64,000 nt of DNA from an uncultured Methanosarcinales archaeon (GCA_964459835.1 CAYWPA010000001.1:1601-65600); one strand, 5' to 3'; counted from the stretch's first letter, positions 1 to 10,987 are shown. The notes: a model not told the origin generated them from the letters alone. Program-made: numbers and translations.

Positions 1-5
1 AAGTA

Positions 6-788
6 ATGACTTGGAATATACAGTATGGCACATTATGCGGGCCGTTGAATGAAAGCAAGAGAAGGCTTCACATGTATTTTCTTCCTTCTTTTGCAAATCT
101 GGACGGCATTGCAAGAAAAATAAAATTAACTGGCGCGGATATCGTTGTTCTGAATGAAGTTGACGCTGGCTCTCCAAGAACAGGCTTTAGAAACCAGGCT
201 AAATATGTTGCCGATAAGGCAGGATATTCGTATCATACTTACTTCAGCACAGTCATTGTTCCTAGAATAGTAACAGGCCATTATACTGCTGTGCTGTCAA
301 AAGAACCTGTTCATCTGGAAAAGAAAATGCTCAGGCATAAGAATGTCGGAGTTGTAAGGACAAGTGCAGAAGGAATTGACTATACTGTCATTGCCGTTCA
401 CCTTGACCACCGAGGAAACAAGATAGTCGAAGACCTGCCTTTCCTGGCCGGACTTGTTGGCGAGCAAAATGGAATGTATATGGCTGTTGGAGATTTTAAT
501 TTTTATGATGGGTTGCTGGAAGTATTTCTTAACCACGTCAATAATGGAACAACAAGACTTGTTCACAGCGGAAGCAAAGAACCAACATGGCCTGTCAAGC
601 CAGGGAGAAAACCGGATAATGGTTATCCTTACTACAGGCTCGACCACATCTTAGTTTGCCCTGATCTTGAAATTAAAGAAGAAAGAGTTGTAAAAACAAT
701 TCGCTCTGACCATTATCCAGTTGTTGCTAGATTAGAGCCAAAGTTAGAAGAAAGAGTTGAAGAAATAAAAGCAGTAGGGCCAGCGTAA
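6..788 (+). CDS. endonuclease/exonuclease/phosphatase (EEP) family protein
   Basis: 260-aa ORF; C-terminal motifs RLDHILV and SDHYPVVA typical of the DNase I-like EEP fold. Confidence 0.55.
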   Translation: MTWNIQYGTLCGPLNESKRRLHMYFLPSFANLDGIARKIKLTGADIVVLNEVDAGSPRTGFRNQAKYVADKAGYSYHTYFSTVIVPRIVTGHYTAVLSKEPVHLEKKMLRHKNVGVVRTSAEGIDYTVIAVHLDHRGNKIVEDLPFLAGLVGEQNGMYMAVGDFNFYDGLLEVFLNHVNNGTTRLVHSGSKEPTWPVKPGRKPDNGYPYYRLDHILVCPDLEIKEERVVKTIRSDHYPVVARLEPKLEERVEEIKAVGPA

Positions 789-1106
789 GCCGCCTTCTGT
801 AAGAGCCAAACAATAAAGATTTATTGCGATGCTCTTTCTTGGCATTTAACTTAGCCTCATATGCAGCAATAAATGCTGCTGAGTTGCACAAGCCAGGGCT
901 CACCGTTTCACCCATTCCTTAAGGAACGTCTGCTGGTTATCTCGGCTCTGTCGCCAAAGCCTTCGCAAGCGTCATCCTCCCAAAAGGTGGTATCGTTTCT
1001 GAGTGGTTGCCTTCCTTTTCAGGAACTCCCAATGGAGAGTAGCTAACCATTAATAATGTGGGCGGACTTTCCTCAGTTACCCGAAAGCCAAGCTCTGGCC
1101 CTACTG
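772..1106 (-). ncRNA. rnpB: RNase P RNA
   Basis: Minus strand carries GAGGAAAGTCCGCCC (P4 5' strand), GGGTGAAACGGTG, and ACAGAAGGCGGCTTAC (P4 3' strand, complementary to AAGTCCGCC with one bulge). A terminal P1 helix CAGTAGGGCCAG/CTGGCCCTACTG encloses about 335 nt. Confidence 0.8.
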
Positions 1107-1145
1107 TATTGTTCAAGAAGAATTAAAGGTATTTAAGCTTTGCGG

Positions 1146-1664
1146 TTATACTGCAAACGGCCCTCGTGGTATAATAAATTTCTTTTCAACAGGCCCTTCT
1201 GAAGAGTTAACAGATATTTCAAACCCTATTGGTAGATGCTGGCCTATCCTTCCTTTTGGCCTTTGATAGGCAAATGAAATTTTTGGTCCAATATATTTTA
1301 AAATTTTGCTATTGCAATGCGGGTCAACAAAACCATACCTATAGTATAAGCCATTTGCATATTCTGTTGGAACTCTTAAAAACCAAAGACGGTTTTTGAA
1401 TATGTCAACTGTTTGGGATCTTAAGCAATAAGTATCCCTGAATCTGTCAAACCCAAGATCATCAGCCCTATATTGCACTTCTTTCGCCACATCATCCAGC
1501 AAAACATGTGCTGAAAGGTAATGTGGTATTGGCTCTTGATTTAACCAATCATTAGGTGGTATGATTCTCAATTCTGGCTTTTTTTCACCTAATGGTGCAA
1601 CAGGATTACTAACAACCAATTCTAAGTTTGGCCTTACTATTCCTCTTGCATACTCTCCCACCAT
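1146..1664 (-). CDS. hypothetical protein
   Basis: 172-aa ORF, no recognisable motif. Confidence 0.4.
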   Translation of the reverse strand: MVGEYARGIVRPNLELVVSNPVAPLGEKKPELRIIPPNDWLNQEPIPHYLSAHVLLDDVAKEVQYRADDLGFDRFRDTYCLRSQTVDIFKNRLWFLRVPTEYANGLYYRYGFVDPHCNSKILKYIGPKISFAYQRPKGRIGQHLPIGFEISVNSSEGPVEKKFIIPRGPFAV

Positions 1665-1707
1665 ACAACCACCAAAAGCAAAGAAACTTTAAAGAAATAT
1701 ATAAAAC

Positions 1708-1977
1708 TTACCTTCTCTTAATGTCTCTTCTGAACTCCCTTACTTCGTTAAGCTGCATTTCTATTACCTGCTTCAGCTCTTCCTTTATATTCTCGTTAAC
1801 TGCCAGCAGGATTATCATTGTAACAAGGATAAGCCATAGAAAAATCATCTGTATTGTTTCTGTGTTAAAGCCCTCCAAAGCCACTGTCCTATGCACCAAG
1901 GCATAGCCGAAAAGTATGATTGCAACCCCTATTGCCAGAACAATCTTCTCAAAAACATTTGGTTTTGGGCCTTTCAT
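1708..1977 (-). CDS. small membrane protein (2 TM plus charged C-terminal helix)
   Basis: 89-aa ORF with two hydrophobic segments. Confidence 0.4.
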   Translation of the reverse strand: MKGPKPNVFEKIVLAIGVAIILFGYALVHRTVALEGFNTETIQMIFLWLILVTMIILLAVNENIKEELKQVIEMQLNEVREFRRDIKRR

Positions 1978-1998
1978 ACAGCTTAAGTATTAAGGGGC

Positions 1999-3072
1999 TT
2001 ATTTAAATTTTGTCATTACTATTGCTGTTAAAATTTCCTTACCCTGCTCTATGACCGCTTTTTCCAATACTTTGAATTTTTCGCTGTATTTTTCAATTAA
2101 TTCCGGCGTTCTTGTCAGCAAAACAATCCTTCCATCTTTTTTCAGAATAAACTCTGCCTGGTAAAAGAACTCTTTATAGAGCTTTTCCATCTGGCTTTTG
2201 TTCTGCTCTGTTGCTGTTGGCGGATAAGAAACAATCTTGTCTATGCTTTCTTTTTCAAATTTTGAATCCAGCCATTCAATATCAATTCTTGAAAAATTGA
2301 TCAATGGATTAACGCCTGCAATCTTTGCATTTTTCTCTGCTGCCTTGACATTGTTCATGCTTCTGTCAGTGCAGTGTATCTTAACTTTAACTTTCCTGTC
2401 TGCTTTTTTATCAATTGCCTCAAAATCAAATTTCTCAAAGGCAAGCTTGTCTTTTGCATAAAAGTTTGGCGATATATTTGCAGCATACAAGGCTGCTTCT
2501 ATTGCAATTGTTCCATCGCCGCAAAAGCAGTCCAGCAAAACGTCCTCTTTCTTGTAATCTGCAATGCTAAGAAGGGAAAATCCAATATTCCCTTTTATTG
2601 TATGTGGATGGGTAAATATTTTATGCGGCCTTTTGGCCAAGTCAAATCCTGAAATGTCTATTCCGACATAGCAGTCAGTATTGCATATAAATGCAAGAAC
2701 AGTTACTTGTGGATTGTCAAGGTCAACTTTTCCTTCTATTTTGCTGCCTATTGCATCTTCAACATCATATGTCGGGGCATCATTATGGGTTTTTATGCAT
2801 CTGACAGCAAACCTTGTTTTTTTGGATATAAAGCCTGAAAAATCAATATCTTTTGCTTTTTCCTCTAGCTTATTTAGCTTGAATTGGCTAAGAAGAATCA
2901 TTACTCTTGAAGCTGACTGGGAAGAATAGGCTAGATGCTGAAGCTCTTTTTTATCCTTAACATCAAATATTATTATGCCTTTTTTTATGTCTGCTTTTTT
3001 TCTAAGGATAATGGAAACTTCTTTTTGAGCAGCATTCTCTACTCCTATATTTGTTACAATAGCGGCTTTCAT
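1999..3072 (-). CDS. THUMP-domain RNA (guanine-N2) methyltransferase, Trm14/RlmL-like
   Basis: 357 aa; N-terminal THUMP-like region followed by class I methyltransferase motif VLLDCFCGDGTIAIEAA and an SYPP (NPPY-like) motif. Confidence 0.6.
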   Translation of the reverse strand: MKAAIVTNIGVENAAQKEVSIILRKKADIKKGIIIFDVKDKKELQHLAYSSQSASRVMILLSQFKLNKLEEKAKDIDFSGFISKKTRFAVRCIKTHNDAPTYDVEDAIGSKIEGKVDLDNPQVTVLAFICNTDCYVGIDISGFDLAKRPHKIFTHPHTIKGNIGFSLLSIADYKKEDVLLDCFCGDGTIAIEAALYAANISPNFYAKDKLAFEKFDFEAIDKKADRKVKVKIHCTDRSMNNVKAAEKNAKIAGVNPLINFSRIDIEWLDSKFEKESIDKIVSYPPTATEQNKSQMEKLYKEFFYQAEFILKKDGRIVLLTRTPELIEKYSEKFKVLEKAVIEQGKEILTAIVMTKFK

Positions 3073-3093
3073 AAATACAGAAGAAATATGAGA

Positions 3094-4008
3094 TTATATA
3101 AATTTTCTCGGCTCAAGCTTTCTTGGAAGCTCTGTTTCCATCTTTGACTTCAGCATTTCTTTCTTTGCTCTCTTAAGCTGTATAGTGCCGTATTTGTACA
3201 ATCCAAGGCCAAATCCAAACATACATAATGATACAAGGAAAGGCCCTCTGGCCACGTACCATGAAAACGCGAACAAAAGCAAAATGCTTTTGCCGTATAA
3301 TATATCAGTTACTGCCTGTGAAGCCAATAGCCTGATTACAAGATAATATATTAAACTGAACCATCCTACAAAAACAGAGAATTTAGCCATGACATAAAGA
3401 AATGCAGGCTTGTGCCCCAAGGATTTTGAAATATATGATAGCAGCGACCCTACTAATATTCCAACAATGCCTATGTAAAGCATTAATCCCATCAAGTTTA
3501 GCAATGCAACTGCAGGGTCAATCTGCTGCAATGCTAATTGGCTCTGCGCTAGCTGCCCTCTTGCAATGACGTCATTTACAGAGCTTACTGTAAACAGCTG
3601 TATGATTATTATTGCAACAACTCCTATAATTCCTGGAAGCATGATGACTTTCCCAATATCTTTTATAAATTCCGGCATAGTTTTGACTGTCATTACCTTC
3701 ACCAAAACTCCAAAGAAAACCAATGCTAAACCTATAACCAATCCTGTGTTCTGGTACTGCCCTATGAAATTGAAAGGAAACGAGTTTGAAATAGTTCCTA
3801 TCATAAGCTTTAGTTCTTCAAAAGCTCCGCCACCGAACTTATGCCCAAGCAGCTCAGCAGCATCCACCCATCTGCTTTCAAGATTAAAATAAGAAACTCC
3901 GAAAACCAAAAGAACTATTGACAGCCCGGCTTCAAGAAACTCGTCAACTATCTCTGCGCCTATAGTCTCGCTAACGCTTTCGCCTTTCTTATTTTTGAAG
4001 ATTTTCAT
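3094..4008 (-). CDS. polytopic membrane protein, unknown function
   Basis: 304 aa with multiple hydrophobic helices. Confidence 0.45.
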   Translation of the reverse strand: MKIFKNKKGESVSETIGAEIVDEFLEAGLSIVLLVFGVSYFNLESRWVDAAELLGHKFGGGAFEELKLMIGTISNSFPFNFIGQYQNTGLVIGLALVFFGVLVKVMTVKTMPEFIKDIGKVIMLPGIIGVVAIIIIQLFTVSSVNDVIARGQLAQSQLALQQIDPAVALLNLMGLMLYIGIVGILVGSLLSYISKSLGHKPAFLYVMAKFSVFVGWFSLIYYLVIRLLASQAVTDILYGKSILLLFAFSWYVARGPFLVSLCMFGFGLGLYKYGTIQLKRAKKEMLKSKMETELPRKLEPRKFI

Positions 4009-4050
4009 TATTAGAAAAGTAAAGAATTAAGTTTATAAGGTTTGCGGTTA

Positions 4051-5106
4051 CTAGTTGGCGGTCTGCTCGCCACTAGGTTTTTGTATTTCAACATGCTCCT
4101 TTCTGGCATCTATTCCATAAAGTATTCTAAGGATATGCAGCATTCCGTCATCAATTTGGTTTAGAGAGTATGATACTCTTTCTGCTGGAGAAAGGTTAGC
4201 TTCTCTTCCATCAATTATGATTTTTTCAGGCGAGCCGACAAAACCCATATCGTGCTTTATTGTTGCAAGAAGATCTGCTTTTATTTTTTCAATATGATCT
4301 AATGGTACAAATTCTGCAATATCATCGTACTTTGTTTCAAAAAGATGATTCAGATGCTCTGCAACTTTTGGATCTACCAAGTTTGCGTCTTCCATATCAT
4401 CCAAAAGATGTGTGCATATTTTTGAATAGCCGAACAATAGAGTTGTTAAGTCTGCGCTTGTTACAAACTCATTGAAAGCAGAATCATCGATTTTTGTACC
4501 TTTGTTTAAATTAATAAAATATGTTCTAAATGTTTTGGTTGAATCTGCTAAAGAAGCATAGAGTAATTCTCTGGCACGATCTATTTTTTGTATGTTGCTG
4601 ATTTTTGCGTCAATTTCTTCATTGCTGTTGCCAAGGCTGGTCCTTATATCATGGTATAATTTTTCACCTAGGTCTTTTGAAAATTTTGCAATCTTAAATA
4701 CTGCATCTCCATAATTTCCATTCTTTTGTTTGGCGATAGATTCTGCTAATTTAGTTATAAAATCATCCATAAGCTGCCTTTCATTTTTATAAGCTTCAAC
4801 ATGGCTTTCAGCTTTAGCGGCTTTAACAGGATCATCTGTCAAAATAACATGATATGGATTTTTAGATTCTTTGTCAACTATAGTTGCAAGGTTCTCTGGT
4901 TTATTATCTGTTTGCTTCATACCCATGTGTTCTCTTGCTAGCTGTGTCAAAGCCATAACATAAGCATCTCTAGGGATCATCTCATTTACCAAACCAATGT
5001 AAGTATCTTTACATTCAATTGGGATTTCAAACTTCAGAATTTCATCTATTCCAACCCTCCCGCTTCTTTCGTACCATAAGCCAGAACTTTTTGGTTTATC
5101 TGCCAT
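4051..5106 (-). CDS. hypothetical protein
   Basis: ORF 4051..5124; likely start at MADKPK; no recognisable family. Confidence 0.4.
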   Translation of the reverse strand: MADKPKSSGLWYERSGRVGIDEILKFEIPIECKDTYIGLVNEMIPRDAYVMALTQLAREHMGMKQTDNKPENLATIVDKESKNPYHVILTDDPVKAAKAESHVEAYKNERQLMDDFITKLAESIAKQKNGNYGDAVFKIAKFSKDLGEKLYHDIRTSLGNSNEEIDAKISNIQKIDRARELLYASLADSTKTFRTYFINLNKGTKIDDSAFNEFVTSADLTTLLFGYSKICTHLLDDMEDANLVDPKVAEHLNHLFETKYDDIAEFVPLDHIEKIKADLLATIKHDMGFVGSPEKIIIDGREANLSPAERVSYSLNQIDDGMLHILRILYGIDARKEHVEIQKPSGEQTAN

Positions 5107-5287
5107 TTTTCTTAAAATAAGCACTCTCCTTACAGCTTCTTTGTATTACTCCTTTATATATCTTTCGGTTTTTAATCACTCATAAGTAATAACTTTAATT
5201 ATTTTCAATATGGAAAATAATTACCATACCCCCATAGCTACAGCCCAAAAGAATTCAAAAAAATAATAATTAACCTGTATAAAAGCC

Positions 5288-7720
5288 TTACTCATTCACA
5301 ATCTTAGCAACAGCAACAGCCTTGTCCTCTTCTCTCAGCTTCATCAGCCTTACTCCCTGAGTATTCCTTCCAATGCAGGAAATTGTCTGGACAGGTATCC
5401 TTATTGTAATGCCGTCTTTTGACATAAGCATTACATCATCATCTTCTTCAACTGCCTTTACAGAAATTACATTCCCGTTTCTTTCTGAGCAGATGATATT
5501 CTTAACGCCGATGCCTCCTCTCCCTATAAGCCTATATTCTGAAATCTTTGTCCTTTTTCCATAGCCGTTTTCTGTTACTGTAAGGATTGTTTTGTCATCA
5601 TCTGCAATTATTGTACCTACAACTTCATCTCTGTCTTTAAGAGTTATTGCCCTTACTCCCCTTGAAGTTCTTCCTATCTCCCTGGCATCACTTTCATGGA
5701 ACTTTGCGGCCATTCCGTTTGCAGTTGCAATCATGATCTGCTTATTGCCATCAGTCAACAAAGCAGACACTAATTCATCTCCCTCATCAAGATTAACCGC
5801 AATGATTCCTCCCTGCCTTGGCCTTGAGTACTCTTCCAGAGAAGTTTTCTTTATGACTCCATTTTTTGTAACAAGAGCAAGGAAATTATTTTCAAAGCTC
5901 TTTACCGGAACATATGCCTGTATGCGCTCTTCCTTGTCAATCTGTATCATATTTATTATTGGCTTTCCTGCCGCCTGCCTTGACGCTTCTGGAATATGAT
6001 GGACTTTCTGCCAGTAAACTTTTCCTTTGTTTGTGAAGAATAGAACATATGAATGTGTAGATGCTATAAAGACATCTTCAATAAAGTCCTCTTCCCTTGT
6101 TCCTACAGCCTTTATTCCAACCCCTCCCCTTCCCTGCTGCCTGTATGTATTGACAGGAAGCCTTTTTATGTAGCCTTTGTGGGAGATTGTAATAACCATA
6201 TCCTCTTCTTTAATCAAAGCTTCTTCCTTAACTTCTTCATCTTTTGCCTCTATAATTTTTGTTCTCCTTTCATCGCCGTAGTTTGCCTTCAGCTCATGCA
6301 TCTCAGACTTTATCATATTTAAGATTCTCTGCGGCTTTACAAGGATGTCCCTTAGGTCTACTATTATCTCTCCAAGCTGCTTATGCTCATCCCTTATCTT
6401 TGTCTGCTCCATTGATGAAAGCTTCTGCAGCTTCATGTCAAGAATTGATTTTGCCTGTATTTCTGTAAAGGAATAATTGCTCATTAGAGCTTCTTTAGCT
6501 TCTTCAACTGTTTTTGACTTCTTTATCCTGCTGACTACATCATCGATATTGTTTAATGCTATTATCAAACCTTCAAGAATATGCTGCCTTTCCTCTGATT
6601 TTTTCAGGTCAAACTCTGTCCTTTTTCTTACAATATTCTGCCTGTGCAGGACAAAGTTTTTTACAATATCTCTCAAGTTTAATGTCTTTGGCTCATTATT
6701 TACAAGAGCAACAACATTCACTCCAAAAGTTACAGACATTTTTGTGTATGCATATAATTGATTGAGAACAACGTTTGCATTTGCGTCTTTCTTTAGCTCT
6801 ATTACTATTCTCATCCCTTCCCTGTCTGACTCGTCCCTTAAGTCTGAAATGCCCTCTATCTTTTTATCCTTTACATTATTTGCAATTTCTTCCAGAAGGT
6901 CTGATTTGTTCACCTGGTATGGAATTTCTGTTACTATAATCCTTTCCTTCCCCTTGTCTTCCTGGATCTCTGCAACTGCCTTTACCTTTAATTTCCCCCT
7001 TCCTGTTTTATAGGCTTCTTTTATGCCTTCTTTTCCTTCTATGATTCCTGCTGTCGGAAAATCAGGGCCTTTGATGTAATGCATTAATTGCTCTGGTGAG
7101 ATATCTTGGTTTTCAATAAAAGCAATTGTTCCGTCTGCTACTTCGTTTAAGTTATGAGGTGGAATATTTGTTGCCATTCCAACTGCAATTCCTGATGTTC
7201 CGTTAATCAATAAGTTCGGGGCTTTTGCAGGCAGAACCGTAGGCTCTTTCAGGCTGCCATCAAAATTGTCTACCATAGGAACAGTTTCTTTTTCTATATC
7301 CTGCAGCATTTCTTCTGCAAGTTTTGTTAATTTTGCCTCTGTATACCTGTATGCAGCCGCATTGTCCCCGTCAACGCTACCAAAATTTCCTTGTCCTTTA
7401 ACTAAAGGGTAACGTAAAGAAAAGTCCTGAGCCATCCTTACCATTGCATCATAAACAGCAGAATCACCATGTGGATGATATCTTCCCAAAACCATTCCAA
7501 CAACAGTAGCAGACTTCTTAAATGGCTTATTATGCTGCAGCCCCATCTCATGCATTGCAAACAGAATTCTCCTGTGCACTGGCTTTAATCCGTCCCTTAT
7601 ATCCGGCAGTGCTCTTCCCACAATGACTGACATGGCATAGTCTATGTAAGCAGACTTCATCTCATCTTCAATGACTCTTTGCACTACCTTTTCCGGCCTT
7701 TTGACAGCTTCTTCTGACAT
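5288..7720 (-). CDS. gyrA: DNA gyrase subunit A
   Basis: 810 aa; [25 protein letters not shown] active-site region and C-terminal beta-pinwheel repeats. Confidence 0.95.
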   Translation of the reverse strand: MSEEAVKRPEKVVQRVIEDEMKSAYIDYAMSVIVGRALPDIRDGLKPVHRRILFAMHEMGLQHNKPFKKSATVVGMVLGRYHPHGDSAVYDAMVRMAQDFSLRYPLVKGQGNFGSVDGDNAAAYRYTEAKLTKLAEEMLQDIEKETVPMVDNFDGSLKEPTVLPAKAPNLLINGTSGIAVGMATNIPPHNLNEVADGTIAFIENQDISPEQLMHYIKGPDFPTAGIIEGKEGIKEAYKTGRGKLKVKAVAEIQEDKGKERIIVTEIPYQVNKSDLLEEIANNVKDKKIEGISDLRDESDREGMRIVIELKKDANANVVLNQLYAYTKMSVTFGVNVVALVNNEPKTLNLRDIVKNFVLHRQNIVRKRTEFDLKKSEERQHILEGLIIALNNIDDVVSRIKKSKTVEEAKEALMSNYSFTEIQAKSILDMKLQKLSSMEQTKIRDEHKQLGEIIVDLRDILVKPQRILNMIKSEMHELKANYGDERRTKIIEAKDEEVKEEALIKEEDMVITISHKGYIKRLPVNTYRQQGRGGVGIKAVGTREEDFIEDVFIASTHSYVLFFTNKGKVYWQKVHHIPEASRQAAGKPIINMIQIDKEERIQAYVPVKSFENNFLALVTKNGVIKKTSLEEYSRPRQGGIIAVNLDEGDELVSALLTDGNKQIMIATANGMAAKFHESDAREIGRTSRGVRAITLKDRDEVVGTIIADDDKTILTVTENGYGKRTKISEYRLIGRGGIGVKNIICSERNGNVISVKAVEEDDDVMLMSKDGITIRIPVQTISCIGRNTQGVRLMKLREEDKAVAVAKIVNE

Positions 7721-7842
7721 TTTAGAACAACCCTTCCTTTATTTTTTTAATGAAGCTTTGTTTATAAAGGTTTTGCTTGTAAAATGGCTTTATAGAGGCT
7801 GTAATGGCTGAATTTAAGGGTTTTAGGAAGTTTTTTGTTTAT

Positions 7843-7864
7843 TTATTTTCTATATAGAAAATAA
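7843..7864. promoter_or_regulatory. 22-bp perfect palindrome TTATTTTCTATATAGAAAATAA (copy 1)
   Basis: Lies in the gyrA / kinase divergent intergenic region; an identical copy occurs at 24058..24079. Confidence 0.4.
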
Positions 7865-7952
7865 TTAAAAATATTTCTGTTACGATGACTATATGTAGTT
7901 TTTACCACTAATGAGTAAATTTATATATTTGGGCTGATTAGCTGTAGTTAAA

Positions 7953-9473
7953 ATGGCAATAGATGATACAGTAAATAATGAATATGACAAAAGGTTTAGC
8001 TGTACAGATATAACTAAGTTACAAGAAGCAAATATCCCACCTGAATTAGCAAATGAGTACATCGGATTTAATTGGCTTGGTAGATTTAATTGGTTTAATA
8101 TATCTTATTTTTGCAGTGAAAATATCATTATGTTTATAAAAAATGATATTCCTTATAAATTAGCAAAAAAATATACTTGGAAATTTAGTTCTGCTACTGC
8201 CGCTGCATTAATTTTGGCTGGTATTTCATTAAAAGATGCAAAAAAATATGACAAAAGATTTTCAGATGAAGCTATAAGGTATTTTGTCACAAATAAAATT
8301 ATGCCAAAAGATGTAAATATATTTCATAAACGCTTTAAGAGAGAGGACATATATTATTTAACACGTGTTTCTCCCGGATTGGCAAATAAGTATAATAAAA
8401 TATTTACCGGTCGTGCTATTGGTAAATTCGCTAGAGCAGATATTTCTCCTGAATTAGCAGAAAAATACGATAAAAGATTTGTTGGTAGTTTCGGTCTTGA
8501 GATTGTTATGTTAGCTAAAGGAAAGGTTCCGCCTGAGATAGCAAATAGATATAACCCAAGATATGATGGAAGTTGTATAGCTGTGTTATATAATTTAGGC
8601 ATATGTCCTGATCTTGTTGAAAAACATATAGATCTTGCAGAGCAGATAGTATCTATGACACATACTATTTTAACAGGACAAGGTATAATCGAAAATACTG
8701 AAAATTTCTCATTTATTGGTGTAGGAAAACAAGGTGTAATTATAAGAAATGGTCAAGAAGCTTGGAAATTTTCTAAGGATAAAGAAAATGAAGCTTTATT
8801 ATTATTGAGATTAAAACGAAAATATGTTCATCCAGATAATATAATTAAAGATATGTCAGATAAAAATGATCTTAGTATATGCCATACAGGATATTTGAAA
8901 CTAAATTATGTACCTGGTGAAACTATTGAAACATTAGTTAAAGATCAGCATAATCTTTCCTATGATAAAGCTATAAAATATGGCGCAGGAATAATTAATG
9001 GCTTGATAGAAATGCGCGAAGCGGGAATATTTTACCATAGGGATATCAGGCCCGGGAATATCATTATTGATGAAAAAAGAGATGAGCCGGTTATTGTTGA
9101 TTTGGGCATTGCAACAACAGACAGGCATGCTTTGCCTAAAGATAACAGAAGATTCGGCGGCCCTAATGATTTGGTTTCTGTTGGGCAGATAATGTACTAC
9201 ATGGCAACAGGCAAGCATATTTTTGCACAATCGCAGTCAATGTCATTAACATTGCAGGCAGATGATATCAAGGATTACAGGGAACAGGTTTATGCTGATC
9301 AAGGTGGACAGCTATTGGAAAAGCACCTAAGGCAAGTGGACGAAACAATCCAGGATGAAAGGTTCGGGACGTTAATTAAAGAATGCTTGACAGCAAAAAA
9401 ATACCATTATAGAAAGATGCAAAGAATGTTTGAAGAATATGCAAAATATACCAATAGAACTACATCAAACTGA
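7953..9473 (+). CDS. eukaryotic-like Ser/Thr protein kinase with N-terminal tandem-repeat domain
   Basis: Kinase motifs: Gly loop IGVGKQGVI, catalytic loop HRDIRPGNIII, DLG (DFG-like). N-terminal 220 aa hold about eight approximately 25-aa repeats of consensus [IV][SP]PELA[NE][KR]Y[DN]KRF. Confidence 0.65.
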   Translation: MAIDDTVNNEYDKRFSCTDITKLQEANIPPELANEYIGFNWLGRFNWFNISYFCSENIIMFIKNDIPYKLAKKYTWKFSSATAAALILAGISLKDAKKYDKRFSDEAIRYFVTNKIMPKDVNIFHKRFKREDIYYLTRVSPGLANKYNKIFTGRAIGKFARADISPELAEKYDKRFVGSFGLEIVMLAKGKVPPEIANRYNPRYDGSCIAVLYNLGICPDLVEKHIDLAEQIVSMTHTILTGQGIIENTENFSFIGVGKQGVIIRNGQEAWKFSKDKENEALLLLRLKRKYVHPDNIIKDMSDKNDLSICHTGYLKLNYVPGETIETLVKDQHNLSYDKAIKYGAGIINGLIEMREAGIFYHRDIRPGNIIIDEKRDEPVIVDLGIATTDRHALPKDNRRFGGPNDLVSVGQIMYYMATGKHIFAQSQSMSLTLQADDIKDYREQVYADQGGQLLEKHLRQVDETIQDERFGTLIKECLTAKKYHYRKMQRMFEEYAKYTNRTTSN

Positions 9474-10413
9474 TATCGCTTTGCTTATTATCAATGTTCT
9501 TGATAACTGAATATTCTATAAAATTGTTTATAACCTCCAAGAATAAGTTCGTCTCTGGGAGTACCTGTAATTCTTTTACAGTAAAATTCTCATCATCAAT
9601 TTTTTTCTTAAGAGCATATCTTTTTTCAATAAGTTCGCCATACTTGATTTTCCCATCTAATAATTGGAACTGTTCATAGAAAAAGATGAAGATCTCTTCT
9701 AAATATTTCTTTACCTTTGCAGTGCAGCCATAAGCATCAATTTTTTCGCTTAAATGCCTTAGTTTATCTACTAAAGTATCCAGTAATATATAAAAAGAAT
9801 ATGCTTCATTCTTAAGCTCTTCACTTTTATCTGAGGCATGTAGCTCCCTTAAAAAATAATGTATAAACTTTATTATATTGTCATGATGGTTGTAAATTGT
9901 GCCATGGAATTCTTCATAAGTATTATCTATTGCATTTAATAACTCATCTGTTGTCTCTTTTAATAGAAAATATATCCTTTTTTCTATCTGGCCTAAATCA
10001 GGATTTTCCTCCGTGACAAAACATTTTATCTCTGTTTTTGTTGAGGATTGGGATATTATTTCAGCACCTATAAATCGTCCGGCTAATCGCTTGATTTCAG
10101 TTTTGATATTAAGCCACTTTCTTTCTTTATGATTATAAATTTCATGTTTGGAATAAGTCAATGTGATTTTGTTGAAACCTGTTTTATACAATACGCTCAA
10201 CTTTCTTGTAAGCTCCATAAGCGAGTAATTGTCTATATTCAATGAAGCCTCTTTTGTAGCCTTGGCTGTTGGTTTTACAGAAAAGATTACACTGTTTTTA
10301 TCATAACCAATATCCAGCTCATCCCCTTTCTTAACATTATTCTTCCTAGCCCACTTAGTAGGCAAACTAACTGTAAGCGTGTTCTGGCCGACTAGATTGA
10401 CTTTTCTCTTCAT
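9460..10413 (-). CDS. AbrB/SpoVT swapped-hairpin DNA-binding protein with helical C-terminal domain (archaeal PhoU-like architecture)
   Basis: N-terminus VGQNTLTVSLPTKWARKNNVKKGDELDI resembles an AbrB/MazE/SpoVT domain; the C-terminal part is helical. Confidence 0.45.
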   Translation of the reverse strand: MKRKVNLVGQNTLTVSLPTKWARKNNVKKGDELDIGYDKNSVIFSVKPTAKATKEASLNIDNYSLMELTRKLSVLYKTGFNKITLTYSKHEIYNHKERKWLNIKTEIKRLAGRFIGAEIISQSSTKTEIKCFVTEENPDLGQIEKRIYFLLKETTDELLNAIDNTYEEFHGTIYNHHDNIIKFIHYFLRELHASDKSEELKNEAYSFYILLDTLVDKLRHLSEKIDAYGCTAKVKKYLEEIFIFFYEQFQLLDGKIKYGELIEKRYALKKKIDDENFTVKELQVLPETNLFLEVINNFIEYSVIKNIDNKQSDISLM

Positions 10414-10531
10414 AGAGGAAGGTAATTCAGGCTGATTTATATATTTTTCTAAAAATAATTATATAATTAGTAGTAATAATTATAATTGCCAAAAGTATAT
10501 ATATTTTCCGGATATTCTAGTACTTATTCCG

Positions 10532-10987
10532 ATGTTATCAGAAAAAGAACGAAAATTGGTTGCAGCCCTGCGAAAAGAGAGTGGAGTAAGTATTGCAAAG
10601 CTTGCAAAGAAATTCGGAATCCCAAAGTCAACTTTGTTTGATTTGAGAAAGAGATTGGAGCAAGACAAAATGATACAGAACAAAAGCATGGTTTCGTTTG
10701 AAAAGATTGGATTCCCTGTGAGAATGTTTGTTGCCATTAAAACATCCCCAAATGACAGGAGCAGCCTGACAAGGTATCTGTCAGAAAAACCGAATGTCAA
10801 CAGCCTGTATATCGTTAACTCAGGCTTTGACATTCACTTTGAGGCATTGTTTAGAAACCAAAAGGAAAATATGGAATTCATGGAAGATATAGAAAAAATG
10901 TTTAAGATTTACCAAGCGCACGAATTTAATGTTATTGAAATAGTAAAGCATGAAAAGTTTTTGATAGAAGAAAGCCATTTTGAATAA
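10532..10987 (+). CDS. Lrp/AsnC family transcriptional regulator
   Basis: 151 aa; N-terminal HTH (SIAKLAKKFGIPKSTLFDLRKRL) and C-terminal RAM-like domain. Confidence 0.7.
   Translation: MLSEKERKLVAALRKESGVSIAKLAKKFGIPKSTLFDLRKRLEQDKMIQNKSMVSFEKIGFPVRMFVAIKTSPNDRSSLTRYLSEKPNVNSLYIVNSGFDIHFEALFRNQKENMEFMEDIEKMFKIYQAHEFNVIEIVKHEKFLIEESHFE

Noticed and set aside
727-915. ORF 727..915 (-), 62 aa
   Set aside because: Lies entirely inside the RNase P RNA gene; a structured-RNA artefact.
5373-7013. Multiple + strand ORFs inside gyrA, and similar ones inside valS, copA, sdhA and the FAAL fusion
   Set aside because: They are antisense to long, motif-rich genes and have low-complexity translations.
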